The position numbers and the translations under genes are program-made. Source: an uncultured delta proteobacterium (GTDB lineage: Bacteria > Myxococcota_A > Polyangia > Polyangiales > B10-G4). Taken from it: DNA of 64,000 nt. Below the pieces are notes generated by a model. It saw nothing but the letters and a program-made list of their open reading frames with translations, ran no database searches and had not been told where the DNA came from. Location of the stretch: assembly GCA_963727445.1 (NCBI GenBank), contig CAVSGI010000021.1, positions 32,001-96,000 on the forward strand, written 5' to 3'. Every line of letters begins with the position of its first letter. The stretch's first letter is position 1. This document shows positions 19,774 to 30,000 of the stretch, in pieces.

Positions 19774-20565
19774 GTGGAACTCGTCTTGAAGGCCCTATGT
19801 GAGGCAAAGCGCCGAGAAATACTGATGATGGTCCACAAACGGGAGCTCTCGGCGGGAGCTATCTCTGAACGCTTTCACGTCACTCGTTCGGCCATATCCC
19901 AACACCTGACGATCCTGAAGCAGGCGGGTCTCGTCGCCGAGCGGCGGCAGGGGACGCGCCGCATCTACAGCTCGATTCCCCAGGCTCTAACCGGAGTTCG
20001 TTGCTACCTCGATGCCTTCCGAGCGACCGAGCGCCTCATATCAGATGAACGAATCTCCGTGGAACGCGCGGTTCAACTCGATGCGCGACGCGAAACGATC
20101 TGGGACTTCCTGGTCGATCCAAGCCTAGCGACGCAATGGATGGGACAGAGCGCCTCTTTCGACCTCCGTGTCGGGGGGCGTTACCAGGTCGAGGTACTTC
20201 CCGGGCTTGTTGCCGCGGGAGAGTTTCTCGAGATCGATCGACCGAACCAGCTAGTTCACTCCTGGGGTTGGCGGCTGGACGGCGGTCCTGTGCCCCCAGG
20301 CTCGACCACGGTCGTCTACGAACTGCAAGACGAAGGCGAAGCGACGCACCTACGCCTCTGCCACCGCGACTTGCCCAGTCTAGCCACTGCTGGCTCGCAC
20401 TCGCGCGGCTGGGCGCACTATCTGCCGCGGCTCGCCGCCGCGGCCAGCGGCGAGCCGAGCCCAGATCCGTGGGTCTCAGACCCGGCGCAAATGCAACTGG
20501 AGCTGCAGCCGACATCGGGAACTTCGACGGCATTCGCTGTCCAGCAGAATGGAGAAAGAGAATGA
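19774..20565 (+). CDS. ArsR/SmtB HTH regulator fused to an SRPBCC/AHA1 domain
   Basis: KRREIL..SAGAIS..SAISQHLTILKQAGLV..RQG HTH, then IWDFLVDP..WMG..GEFLEIDRPNQLVHSWGW..GWAHYL. Confidence 0.9.
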   Translation: MELVLKALCEAKRREILMMVHKRELSAGAISERFHVTRSAISQHLTILKQAGLVAERRQGTRRIYSSIPQALTGVRCYLDAFRATERLISDERISVERAVQLDARRETIWDFLVDPSLATQWMGQSASFDLRVGGRYQVEVLPGLVAAGEFLEIDRPNQLVHSWGWRLDGGPVPPGSTTVVYELQDEGEATHLRLCHRDLPSLATAGSHSRGWAHYLPRLAAAASGEPSPDPWVSDPAQMQLELQPTSGTSTAFAVQQNGERE

Positions 20566-20927
20566 CGCCCAAAGAGGTCCTCCAAGCGTACTTCGACACC
20601 CTCTCGAAGCGCGGCGAGTGGCAACGCTTCTTCGCCGACGATATCGTCTTCACCAGCCACGCCAGTCAGGGCAAACGAGTTCGGGGAAAGGACGCATGCT
20701 TGGAAGCCACGCGGGGCTTCTATTCGATGATCGAAAGCGTCGACCTCCAGGAGCTCTTCGTCGATGGTGAACGTGCGTGTGCGCTAACGCGATACCACCT
20801 GCGGCCACCGCACGGCGAGTCATTCAGCTCCGACGTCGCCGAGGTTTTCACGGTCTCAGCCGACAAAATCGGCTCGTTCCAAATCTACTTCGACAGCGCG
20901 CCATATCCCTCGCCGGTGGGGAAATGA
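20562..20927 (+). CDS. SnoaL/NTF2-like protein
   Basis: MTPKEVLQAYFD..FFADDIVF..IYFDSA; ATGA overlap with upstream gene. Confidence 0.85.
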   Translation: MTPKEVLQAYFDTLSKRGEWQRFFADDIVFTSHASQGKRVRGKDACLEATRGFYSMIESVDLQELFVDGERACALTRYHLRPPHGESFSSDVAEVFTVSADKIGSFQIYFDSAPYPSPVGK

Positions 20928-21256
20928 GCTTCGATGCCAGGCTCGCAACGAGAGTCCGTGAGATGCTGGCAGATGTCGACGACAGCGTCGTGGAGAAGAA
21001 GATGTTTGGCGGCCTCTGCTTCATGGTAGGTGGAAAAATGTGCTGCGGCGTCCTCGGGGATGATCTGATCGTCCGCGTGGGGCCTCAGCAGTACGAAGAA
21101 GCGCTGGCAAAGCCGCACGCGCGGGCCTTCGACTTCACGGGTCGGGTATCAAGAGGAATGGTCTACGTCGGCCCCACGGGAACCCGAAATGGCGCCGCCC
21201 TGCGTCACTGGATCGGCAGGGGCTTGGCGCTCGTCCAATCGGTCTCAGACAAGTGA
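20924..21256 (+). CDS. TfoX/Sxy N-terminal domain protein
   Basis: EKKMFGGLCFMVGGKMCCGV..FDFTGR..GMVYV; ATGA overlap. Confidence 0.88.
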   Translation: MSFDARLATRVREMLADVDDSVVEKKMFGGLCFMVGGKMCCGVLGDDLIVRVGPQQYEEALAKPHARAFDFTGRVSRGMVYVGPTGTRNGAALRHWIGRGLALVQSVSDK

Positions 21257-21393
21257 GCACTCCGTTCCGACGAGCCGTTGTGTAGACCGTTGGCTGGCAA
21301 GTTTCGAGCTGACCGGGCGACTCGGCGGCGCACACATCCTGCGGGCGTTGCGTGTGGGTCGACACCGGTACGTCCCGACGGTACACGTCGGCG

Positions 21394-22053
21394 ATGGAGA
21401 TCTATCTCGTGCGTCACGGGCAGAGCATCGCGAACGTGGACCCTTCGGTCTACGCGACCACCGCCGACCATGCAGTGCCATTGTCGGAGCTCGGCAGAGA
21501 GCAGGCGCGGGAGGCCGGTGAGTTCCTGCGCGAGCGCTTCGCCTCGCGTGGCTACCAGGACCGACGGGTGCGCCTGTGGACGAGCCCCTACCTCCGAACG
21601 CGCGAGACCGCGGACGGAATCGCCACAGCCTGTGGCTCCCTCATCACGGATCGGCGTGAGGACATCCTGCTCTGCGAGCAGCAGTTCGGGCTCTTCGACG
21701 GGGTACCGGACGCGGATCTCCCCCGACTCTTTCCGCAAGAGCACGCGCACTACCAGAAGCACGAGCGCCACGAGGGGCGATTCTGGGCGCGCATGCCCCT
21801 CGGGGAGTCGCGCTTCGACGTCGCACTTCGGATTCGACTCTTCTTCGGGACGATTCAACGCGACGCCGAAAAGAACGATCTGCACACGGTGGTGGTGGTC
21901 TGCCATGGAGTGACCCTCCGCGCGTTCGTGATGAGCTGGCTCCATCTCACGCCGGAGTGGTTCGAGGACGAGCCCAACCCGGCGAACTGCGCCATCCGAT
22001 TGATCGAGGACAACGTAGATGGGGGATACGTGCACCGATCCGGGCTCGCGTGA
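21394..22053 (+). CDS. Histidine phosphatase (phosphoglycerate mutase family)
   Basis: LVRHGQS, SPYLRTRET, GESRFDV, VCHG. Confidence 0.92.
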   Translation: MEIYLVRHGQSIANVDPSVYATTADHAVPLSELGREQAREAGEFLRERFASRGYQDRRVRLWTSPYLRTRETADGIATACGSLITDRREDILLCEQQFGLFDGVPDADLPRLFPQEHAHYQKHERHEGRFWARMPLGESRFDVALRIRLFFGTIQRDAEKNDLHTVVVVCHGVTLRAFVMSWLHLTPEWFEDEPNPANCAIRLIEDNVDGGYVHRSGLA

Positions 22054-22248
22054 CGCGCTCCGAAGGTGGGCGGTGAACGACGGGCCTGAGCGAGCGCCTT
22101 CTCAGGTTTCCAGCCTCCACGGAAGCCAACGCTTTCAGGAGCTCGTCGCTCGACAGGAAGAAGCCGCTGCAACGAGCGTGCCCCATTCGCCACCGGACCC
22201 GTTGGCCCAGTCCGTGCTCCTCGGGTTCAGTGCAGAAGGCTCACCATC

Positions 22249-22668
22249 ATGAACGAAACCATCTATTCCCCACGCCGCACCGTGCTCCGTCGCGCTGTTC
22301 GCTTCGCATGCCTGCTCGACGTCGAAGGCGTCGGCCTCGTCGAGGGCGTCGCAACCGACCTGTCGCTTCATGGGCTGTGGATCGCCGTCCAGGAGCCGCT
22401 CGAAGTCGGGGTGCTGGTGACGGCCCGCGTCGTTCTTCCCCGGACCGGACACGTGATCCACATCGCGGGGGAGATTGCACGCGTCGACGCGACTCCCTTC
22501 GGGTTCGGTATGGGCGTGCGTTTTCGGCACATCCCCTCTTCGGACATGGTGGCGCTCGACGCTGTGCTGCGTGGCCTTCCGCCGAGGCTGCCCGGCGACC
22601 GCCGCGCAACGCTGGTGGAGCGGGTCGTCGACGTCGGCGATGGCGACGAAGACGTGGTCTTCGGCTGA
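22249..22668 (+). CDS. PilZ domain protein
   Basis: RRTVLRR and DLSLHG (RxxxR and DxSxxG), GMGVRF. Confidence 0.8.
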   Translation: MNETIYSPRRTVLRRAVRFACLLDVEGVGLVEGVATDLSLHGLWIAVQEPLEVGVLVTARVVLPRTGHVIHIAGEIARVDATPFGFGMGVRFRHIPSSDMVALDAVLRGLPPRLPGDRRATLVERVVDVGDGDEDVVFG

Positions 22669-22848
22669 GCGACGAGCTCAGCTCAGCGGGGAACTTCCCA
22701 CGGCTGCTGTGGAATCTTTCGCGTTCGCTCGCGAAGTCGACAGCGACCGTTCACGGCGACGAGGGCTCACGACGAGCAGTTGCGACCCGCAACGCCGGTG
22801 GTCTGCTTCATGCAACCCCACGTCACCGAGACCTGAAAGGGGTGTGAG

Positions 22849-23109
22849 ATGTCGATTGTCGCGTGGATAGTCTTGGGTATCGGCTCGGGGTTCATCGCCA
22901 GCATGCTGGTGGGAGGTGGCGGAAAGGGACTCGCCATCGACTTGGTGCTGGGCGTGGTCGGTGCGTTCGTGGGAGGCCTGGCCTTTCATCTCATCGGTCA
23001 GGTTGGAGTGACGGGCTTCAACCTCTGGAGCGTCTTCGTGGCGGTCATGGGTTCGGTCCTCGTATTGCTCGCCTATCACGCGCTTGCGGGGCGACCCGCG
23101 CGCACCTGA
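22849..23109 (+). CDS. GlsB/YeaQ/YmgE (transglycosylase-associated) membrane protein
   Basis: WIVLGIGSGFIAS..LGVVGAFVGG..GVTGFNLWS; RBS aagggg. Confidence 0.92.
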   Translation: MSIVAWIVLGIGSGFIASMLVGGGGKGLAIDLVLGVVGAFVGGLAFHLIGQVGVTGFNLWSVFVAVMGSVLVLLAYHALAGRPART

Positions 23110-23143
23110 GCGATCTCCCCATCGACGGCCGCGAGCGCACGTC

Positions 23144-23171
23144 GAAATTTCCCCTGCCGTGGGGGAATTTC
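23144..23171. other. Inverted repeat (terminator-like hairpin or binding site)
   Basis: GAAATTTCCCC-N6-GGGGGAATTTC downstream of the GlsB-family gene. Confidence 0.45.
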
Positions 23172-23295
23172 TTCCGCCGTCGGCACGCAGACGGGTCGGC
23201 AGCGACGTGGGTGATCTGGAATCGCTTCGTCTTGCCGTCCGAACCCGCCGCGTCGGTCCCGGGCACGGTGCGTGCAGCGGTCGGGTGGTGACGCC

Positions 23296-23751
23296 ATGCA
23301 CATCCCCTCCCTCCCCCAGCCAGCATCCAAACCCGCCCCGCTCACGAAGTATCGGCCGCACATCGTCGTAGCGGAGGACGATCGGGAGCTGCGGAGCCTC
23401 CTCTCGGACGTCCTCACCGCCGACGGTTACGCGGTCGTGGCGGTGGGCAGCGGCCTCGCGCTCCTCGAGGAGCTCCGCGTCGCTCGCATGAACGAAGCGC
23501 CGCCGGCGCTCTTGATCTCGGACATACGAATACCCGCTCCCAGTGGGCTCGCCGTCCTGCGCACGCTGCGGGCCTGGGGTTGGATGATTCCCGCGATCGT
23601 CTTGAGTGGATTCGCCGACGAAGCCACCCGATTGGAGGCCATGAGAGCGGGCGCTACCTGCTTGCTCCGCAAGCCTTTCGACCTCGACGACCTGCGTGCC
23701 GCAGTCCTGCTCCTGCTACCACCGGCCGCTCCCTTCTTGTCTGCTCGCTGA
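23296..23751 (+). CDS. Single-domain response regulator
   Basis: VAEDD, LISDIRIP (phospho-Asp), LSGF, LRKPF. Confidence 0.9.
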   Translation: MHIPSLPQPASKPAPLTKYRPHIVVAEDDRELRSLLSDVLTADGYAVVAVGSGLALLEELRVARMNEAPPALLISDIRIPAPSGLAVLRTLRAWGWMIPAIVLSGFADEATRLEAMRAGATCLLRKPFDLDDLRAAVLLLLPPAAPFLSAR

Positions 23752-23793
23752 CGCGGGCGGAGATCGAAGGCGTGGAGCGCGTGCCTGAGAGGC

Positions 23794-24768
23794 TCAACCT
23801 CTCGCCGGCTCGAAGAAGCGCAGCGATGCTGGGTCCATGAAGGCGACGATCTCCGCGATCCGATCGCCGGCGAGCGTCAGGACGTGAACGCCCAGGAGGG
23901 CGCCGTCGGGGCCGCGGATCGCGACGGAGGGCGCGGCGTTGGCGCGCGTGGGCTCGGCGGTGAAGCGACCCGCCGCGTCCGGCGTGAGGACGTAGCGTCC
24001 GAGCCACTCGCCGATGTCGTCTCGGCCCTCGTACCAGGAGGGGACGGGCGGCATGGAGAGCTGGGCGTCGTCGCGCAAGAGCTGGACGAGCGTGCCCACG
24101 TCGGCGCTCACGAAGGCGCTCACGTAGGCGCGCACCACATCCATCTCGGCGGATCCCGCTGGCTCCGGGGGTGGCGCGCTGCCCAGCGTCGCGCGCGCGC
24201 GTTGCAGGAGGCTGTTCACCGCGGGGACCGACGTCTCGAGGAGCGCCGCGATCTCCGTGGCGCTCGATCCGACGACGTCTTTCAACAGCAGCGCGGCGCG
24301 CTGCTTCGGGGGCAGGCGCTGGAGCGCCTGCAAAAAAGCGAAGCCCACGGTCTGCCGCTGCGACAGCGCCGCGTCGGGCAATGCCGTCTCCGTGGGAAGG
24401 AGCGCGTCAGGGTATGGCTCGAGCCAGAGCACTTCGGTCGAAGGCGGCGCCGCGGGCGCGTCTGGCCGAGCGGAGGGACCGAGCGCGACGGGCAGCGTCC
24501 GCGACTTCTCGCGCCGCAGGGTGTCGAGGGCCGCGTTGGTCGCGATGCGGTAGATCCAGCCGCGAAACGACGAGCGCTCTTCGAAGCGGCCGAGGCCCTT
24601 CCACGCGCGCAGCATCGCTTCTTGGACGATGTCTTCCGCCTCCGACACCGATCCGCACATCCTGTAGCAGTGGGCGAGGAGGCCGCGGCGGTGGGGATCG
24701 ACGAGGTGCCGAAATGCCGCCTCGTCCCCCGCACGCGCCGCCTCCAAGCTCGTCTGCTCCGCGCTCAC
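23794..24768 (-). CDS. ECF RNA polymerase sigma factor with SnoaL-like C-terminal extension (SigG-like)
   Basis: HCYRMCGSVSEAEDIVQE, WIYRIATN, WLEPYPD, LPPKQRAALLL, SMPPVPSWYEG; GTG start 24768. Confidence 0.92.
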   Translation of the reverse strand: MSAEQTSLEAARAGDEAAFRHLVDPHRRGLLAHCYRMCGSVSEAEDIVQEAMLRAWKGLGRFEERSSFRGWIYRIATNAALDTLRREKSRTLPVALGPSARPDAPAAPPSTEVLWLEPYPDALLPTETALPDAALSQRQTVGFAFLQALQRLPPKQRAALLLKDVVGSSATEIAALLETSVPAVNSLLQRARATLGSAPPPEPAGSAEMDVVRAYVSAFVSADVGTLVQLLRDDAQLSMPPVPSWYEGRDDIGEWLGRYVLTPDAAGRFTAEPTRANAAPSVAIRGPDGALLGVHVLTLAGDRIAEIVAFMDPASLRFFEPARG

Positions 24769-24857
24769 GACCCGACCCTGGGCCCCGCCGAGCGGAGTGT
24801 CAACATGCCGAATTTGGGGACCTTTTCGCAATCTCCACGACAAAGTACACCATGGAC

Positions 24858-24884
24858 CGATGAGTTTCGCCGGCCACGCTCGTC
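24858..24884 (+). promoter_or_regulatory. Putative SigG-type ECF promoter for the MAPEG-SRPBCC operon
   Basis: CGATGA-N18-GTC in the divergent intergenic gap. Confidence 0.55.
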
Positions 24885-24920
24885 TTCGATGATGAGCACC
24901 CCACGAAAAGGAGCCCACGG

Positions 24921-25373
24921 ATGAACCCGCTCACCGACAACCCCGCCATGCAGCTCTACTTCGCGTCCACGGTCGTGTTGGGCCTGAACCTGCTGGTCCT
25001 CGCCAACAACACCGCGCTCTCGCGCGCGAAGGCAACCGAGGTCGTCAACCCGGAGGACAAGAAGCTCAACCCCAAGGCCGACGTGGTCTTCGAGGGCGGT
25101 AACGATCTCACGTTCCGCTACCGCCGAGCCCATCGAAACGCCCTCGAGAACATCCCGCTCTTCCTGATCACGGGCTACCTGCTCGCCCTGACGCCCATCC
25201 CCTTCGCCGCTCTGGCAACCCTGTTCGGGATCTTCGTCGCCGCCCGAATCAGTCACAGCATCTGCTATCTGAAAGGCCTGCAGCCATTCCGCACGGCGAG
25301 CTTCGCCATCGGCGCCCTCGTGCAGCTCGGCATGCTGGGCTACCTCGGCTATCAGGTCGCGATCAGCGTTTGA
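24921..25373 (+). CDS. MAPEG family protein (microsomal GST-like)
   Basis: NPED, RYRRAHRNALENIP, ARISHS; RBS aaggag. Confidence 0.92.
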   Translation: MNPLTDNPAMQLYFASTVVLGLNLLVLANNTALSRAKATEVVNPEDKKLNPKADVVFEGGNDLTFRYRRAHRNALENIPLFLITGYLLALTPIPFAALATLFGIFVAARISHSICYLKGLQPFRTASFAIGALVQLGMLGYLGYQVAISV

Positions 25374-25385
25374 GAGGAGGCGGAT

Positions 25386-25796
25386 ATGAGTGAAGAAGAC
25401 ACCATCGAGATGAGCTGGATCGTCGCGGCCCCGGCCGACGAGGTCTACGACTGCTGGCTGAGCAGCGACGGACATGCGGCCATGACCGGCGGCGCCGCCG
25501 AGGTCGACGGAAGCGAGGGCGGTAGGTTCACCGCGTGGGACGGCTACATCGAGGGCGCGACGGAGAAGCTCGAGCCGAAGCGTAGGATCGTTCAGACGTG
25601 GCGCACGGCGGAGTTCGCCGACGACGCGCCCGACTCCCGCATCGACGTGCGGCTGCGCGAGCACGAGGGCCAGACTCAGGTCATGTTGCGCCAGACGGGC
25701 CTCCGCCCCGGCGACGGCGCCAAGTACACGACCGGTTGGTACGAACACTACCTACAGCCGATGGTCGCGTACTTCGCCGAGGAGAAAGACGGCTGA
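25386..25796 (+). CDS. SRPBCC/AHA1 domain protein
   Basis: VYDCWL..HAAMTGG..FTAWDGYIEG..IVQTWR..GWYEHY; RBS gaggagg. Confidence 0.9.
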   Translation: MSEEDTIEMSWIVAAPADEVYDCWLSSDGHAAMTGGAAEVDGSEGGRFTAWDGYIEGATEKLEPKRRIVQTWRTAEFADDAPDSRIDVRLREHEGQTQVMLRQTGLRPGDGAKYTTGWYEHYLQPMVAYFAEEKDG

Positions 25797-25928
25797 GTCG
25801 CGCGTTGGCTCCGAGCGAGAGGAAGAGCTGGCTTTGATCCGGGAGGAGCCCGTGCTGCCACGACCGACTCAGACCTTCCTTTCCTATGGGCCAAGACCCC
25901 TTCAGTGGTATCCCGGTACCCAGGAACC

Positions 25929-27062
25929 ATGCCTGAGTACGCCCTGTTCGAGGGTCTGACCGAGGAGCAGCGCCAGGTCGTCCAGTCACTCTTGTCGCGT
26001 CGCAGCGTCGAGGCGGGGGACGTGGTGATTCAGGAAGGGGATCCGGGTGATGCGCTCTACCTCGTCGAGGAGGGGGAGCTCGAGGTCTTCAAAGAAAACG
26101 AAGGCAGCGAGGAGCTTCGGCTCACGACGCTCGAGCCCGGAGACGAGTTCGGGAGCGTGGCCCTGTTGAGCGACGAGCCGCGATCTGCGTCCGTCCGGGC
26201 GCTCACCCCGACGACGCTGCTCGCGCTGACCATCGGCGATCTGCGGGAGCTGTCACGCGAGGCGATCGACAGCCCCTACGTGGTTCTGTTGAAGAACCTG
26301 CTCACGAATCAGAACGCCAACCTCCGGCGCAGCTCGGAGACGGTGGTGGCGCACTTCGAGGCGAAGCTGAAGGAGGCTCAGCGCGGACTGGCGATGGGCT
26401 CCTTCCTCGGGTTCCTCATCCTGACGATGTGCGTCTACGGATTCGCGCTGCGCGTCAGCGTGGAGGCGGTCTCCGCCGCCGGGGACAGCACGCCGATCAC
26501 GGTGGTGATCCTGCTCTTCTACGTCGCCTCGCTCCTGGTGTTCATGCGGCGGAGCGGATATTCCATGACCACCTTCGGGCTCACACTGAAGGGCTGGAAA
26601 CGCGCCACGCGCGAATCGCTGCTCTGGTCGTGTGCGTTCATCGCCGTGACCATCGCCGCCAAAGCCCTCGCGATCTCGGTGATCCCCGCATACCAGGGCG
26701 AGCCGCTCTTCTCTCTCGATGGCTTCTACAAGTTCTCGGCGACGGAGAACCTCGCCCTCGCCGCCACCTACGCCGCCTTCGCGCCCGCCCAGGAGCTCAT
26801 CGCCCGCGGCGCGCTGCAGAGCTCCTTTCAGGAATTTCTGCAGGGGAAATGGGTGACGGGCCGCGCTATCGTCTACTCGACGATGCTCTTCGCCACCACG
26901 CATCTTCACCTGTCCACGGCCTTTGCGATCGCTACCCTCGTCCCCAGCGTCTTCTGGGGGGTCCTCTACGCGCGACAGCGCACGCTCGTGGGCGTGTCGA
27001 TCTCGCACGTCCTCATCGGCCTCTTCGTCCTGTTCGTGCTCGGGGCGCCAGGCGGCGGATGA
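25929..27062 (+). CDS. Cyclic-nucleotide-binding domain fused to a CPBP (CAAX/Abi) intramembrane protease domain
   Basis: CNBD: VIQEGDPGDALYLVEEG..GDEFGSVALL..PRSASV; then about 7-8 TM segments with QELIARG, FATTH, SISH. Confidence 0.88.
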   Translation: MPEYALFEGLTEEQRQVVQSLLSRRSVEAGDVVIQEGDPGDALYLVEEGELEVFKENEGSEELRLTTLEPGDEFGSVALLSDEPRSASVRALTPTTLLALTIGDLRELSREAIDSPYVVLLKNLLTNQNANLRRSSETVVAHFEAKLKEAQRGLAMGSFLGFLILTMCVYGFALRVSVEAVSAAGDSTPITVVILLFYVASLLVFMRRSGYSMTTFGLTLKGWKRATRESLLWSCAFIAVTIAAKALAISVIPAYQGEPLFSLDGFYKFSATENLALAATYAAFAPAQELIARGALQSSFQEFLQGKWVTGRAIVYSTMLFATTHLHLSTAFAIATLVPSVFWGVLYARQRTLVGVSISHVLIGLFVLFVLGAPGGG

Positions 27063-30000
27063 AGATGATGGACATCGAAAGCTGGTTGGTAAGCCAGGGT
27101 CTCGCGCAGTATGCCGAGGCGTTCGTCGAAAACGACATCACCGTCGATCTCCTCCCAGAGCTGACCGACGCCGACCTGCGCGAGCTCGGCGTCGCCTCGC
27201 TGGGGCATCGCAAGCGGCTGCTCAAGGCGATCGCTGCCCTGAATGCCGCCGCCGCGTCCGCGGCGCCTGCCGCGCCTGCACCGACACCGACCGAAGCACG
27301 GCCCACGACTTCCCTCGATGAAGGGGAGCGACGCCATGCGACCGTCATGTTCTCCGATCTCACGGGCTACACGGCGCTCAACGAGGCCTTCGACCCCGAG
27401 GAGGTCGAGCAGATCATGGCGCGCATCAAGCGCGAGGCGAACGAGACCATCGAAAAGCACGGCGGTCGCGTCAATCAGTTCGTGGGGGACGAGGTGATGG
27501 CGCTCTTCGGCGTGCCCGTCTCGCGACGCGACGAAGCGGAGCGCGCCGTGCGGGCTGCGCTCGAGCTCCACGAGCGCGTGAACGTCATCGCCGCGGGGCT
27601 CGCAGACCGCCTCGGGCGGCGCCTCTCGATGCACACCGGCATCCAGAGCGGGCTCGTCGTCGCGCGTCGCAGCGACTCGCGCGCAGGCGACTACACGCTG
27701 ACTGGGGACGCGGTGAACACGGCCGCGCGCCTCCGTGGGCTCGCCGAGCCGGGCGAGGTCGTGGTCAGCTCGCAGGTCTGGCAGCAGGTCTCGGAGGCCT
27801 TCGACGCCGAGGCGGGCGAATCGGTCGAGGTGAAGGGCAAGGAGCACGCCCTCGTGCCGTGGCGGATCACCAGCGAGCGGACGATGCCGCGAGGCGGCAG
27901 GCGCGAGCTGGTCGGCCGGGTCGACGAGGTGCGGCAGTTCGAGGCGCTCGCGCAGACGTGCGCCGTGGAGGGCCGCGGCCGCGTCCTCTTCGTTCGGGGC
28001 GACCCGGGCATCGGCAAGTCCCGCCTCGTCGCCGAGCTGGTGCAGATCGCCCGCGAGCACGGGCTCTTGTGCCACCTCACCTCCGTGCTCGATTTCGGCG
28101 CACGCACGGGGCCAGCCGCGATCCAGGCGCTCGTCCAGAGCATCCTCGGCCTCGACGCCGATGCCGACGAAGGAAGCCGCGCCGAAGCGATCGCCGAGGT
28201 CGCGACGGAAGGAGAGGCGGGCGCCGAGATCGCGCCCTTTCTCTACAATCTGCTCTCCGTCACGCCGCCCCCCGAGGTCCAAGCGCTCCTGTCGGCGATG
28301 GACGGTCAGACGCGGGCGAAAGGGAGATGCGACGCGCTGCGCCACGTCGCCCGGCCGCGGCCGAAGAGCCCGACCCTGCTGCTCGTCGAGGACGTCAACT
28401 GGGCCGAGCCCGCCACCCTGAGGCAGCTCGCGACGCTCGCGGCGCTCGCGGCCGCCCACCCCATGCTCGTGATGATGACGACGCGCTTCGCCGGTGACCC
28501 GAGCGTGGGCGAGTGGCGGAGCAACCTGCACGGGCTGCCGGTGAGCAGCTTGAACCTCGGCCCTCTCCCACCGGACGACGCGCTGCGCCTCGCGGGAGCG
28601 AGCGCGTCGATGTCGGAGGCGATGCTGCGCACTTGCGTCGAGCGGGCCGAAGGCAACCCGCTCTTCCTCGAGCAGCTCGTCCTGAGCGCCAGCGAGGACC
28701 ACGCCTCGCACCTGCCGGGGTCGGTCCAGGCCCTCATTCAGGCCCGGATGGACCGCCTCGACGTCTCCGAGCGGGCCGCGCTCCAGGCGGCGGCGGTGTG
28801 GGGGCCCCGCGTGCCTCGTGAGGCCATCCGCTACCTCGTCGGCGATCCCTCCTGGGACGAGCGCGTGCTCGTCGAGCATTTCTTGATGCGGCTCGAGGGC
28901 GACGAGCTGGTGTTCAGCCACGCACTCATCCGTGACGGTGCGTACGGTGCGCTGCTCCTCGCGAAGAGGCGTGCGCTCCACCAGCGCGTGGCGGAGTGGG
29001 TCCAGGGGCAGAACGTAGCGCTCGCGGCGCAACACTACGAACGCGCGGGCGATTCGCGCGCGCCGGGCGCGTACCTGCGAGCAGCCGAAGCCCTGGCAGA
29101 GATGCTTCGACACGAAGAGGGCCTCGCCCAGGTCGAGCGTGGCCTCGCGCTCGCGGCTCCCGGCGCGGAGACCTTCGCGCTCCAGCGGCTGCGAGCCCGC
29201 CTGCTGCTCGAGACCGGTCGCGCTGCGGACTCGGTCGATGCCGCGCGGCGCGCCGTCGATGCCGCGACCACGAACGCGGAGCGGGCGTCCGGGCTCGTCG
29301 CCATCGCGGCAGCCCTGCGCATCCTGGATCGCCCCGAGGAGGGCCTCGACCGTCTCGCGGAGGCCCAGCCGCTCCTCGACGGTGCCAGCCCGGAGCTCTC
29401 GCGACTCTTCGGTCTGCGCGGAAACCTCAATTTCGTGCTCGGGCGCTGGGAGCAATGCGAAGACGCGCACGAGAACGCGCTCCGGACGGCGCGCGAGGCG
29501 GGCTCAATCGAGGCGGAGATCTTGGCTCTCAGCGGAGTCGGCGACGCGGCCTTCGGTCGGGGACGAATACGCACGGCACACGAGCACTTCATACAATGCA
29601 AGGAGCGCGCGGGCGAGCACGCGCTCTACCGAATCGAGACGACCTCCGAGGTGATGTCCGGCTGGACCTGGTTCTTCCAGATGAACATTCATCAGAGCCT
29701 GGAGTCCACGGCCGCCGGAATCGAACGCGCCCGGAAGCTGAGGCTCGCTCGGACGGAGCTGCTTGCGCACATGCAGCGCGCGCTCCTCCACGGTTGGGTT
29801 CGCGGCGATGTCGCTGCGGGGCGCGAGGAGCTCGCCCTAGCGCTCGAGAATCGCGAGCGCACTCGGGTCCCGCCGATTCCACGCCATGAACCACGTCTAC
29901 AGCGGGTTGCTGTGTATCAGGGAGGGCGACGCCGAAGAGGCGCGAGCCCTCGCCCAACAGGCCCTCGCGATGAGCGATGACGTGCTGTCGTTCATCGGGA

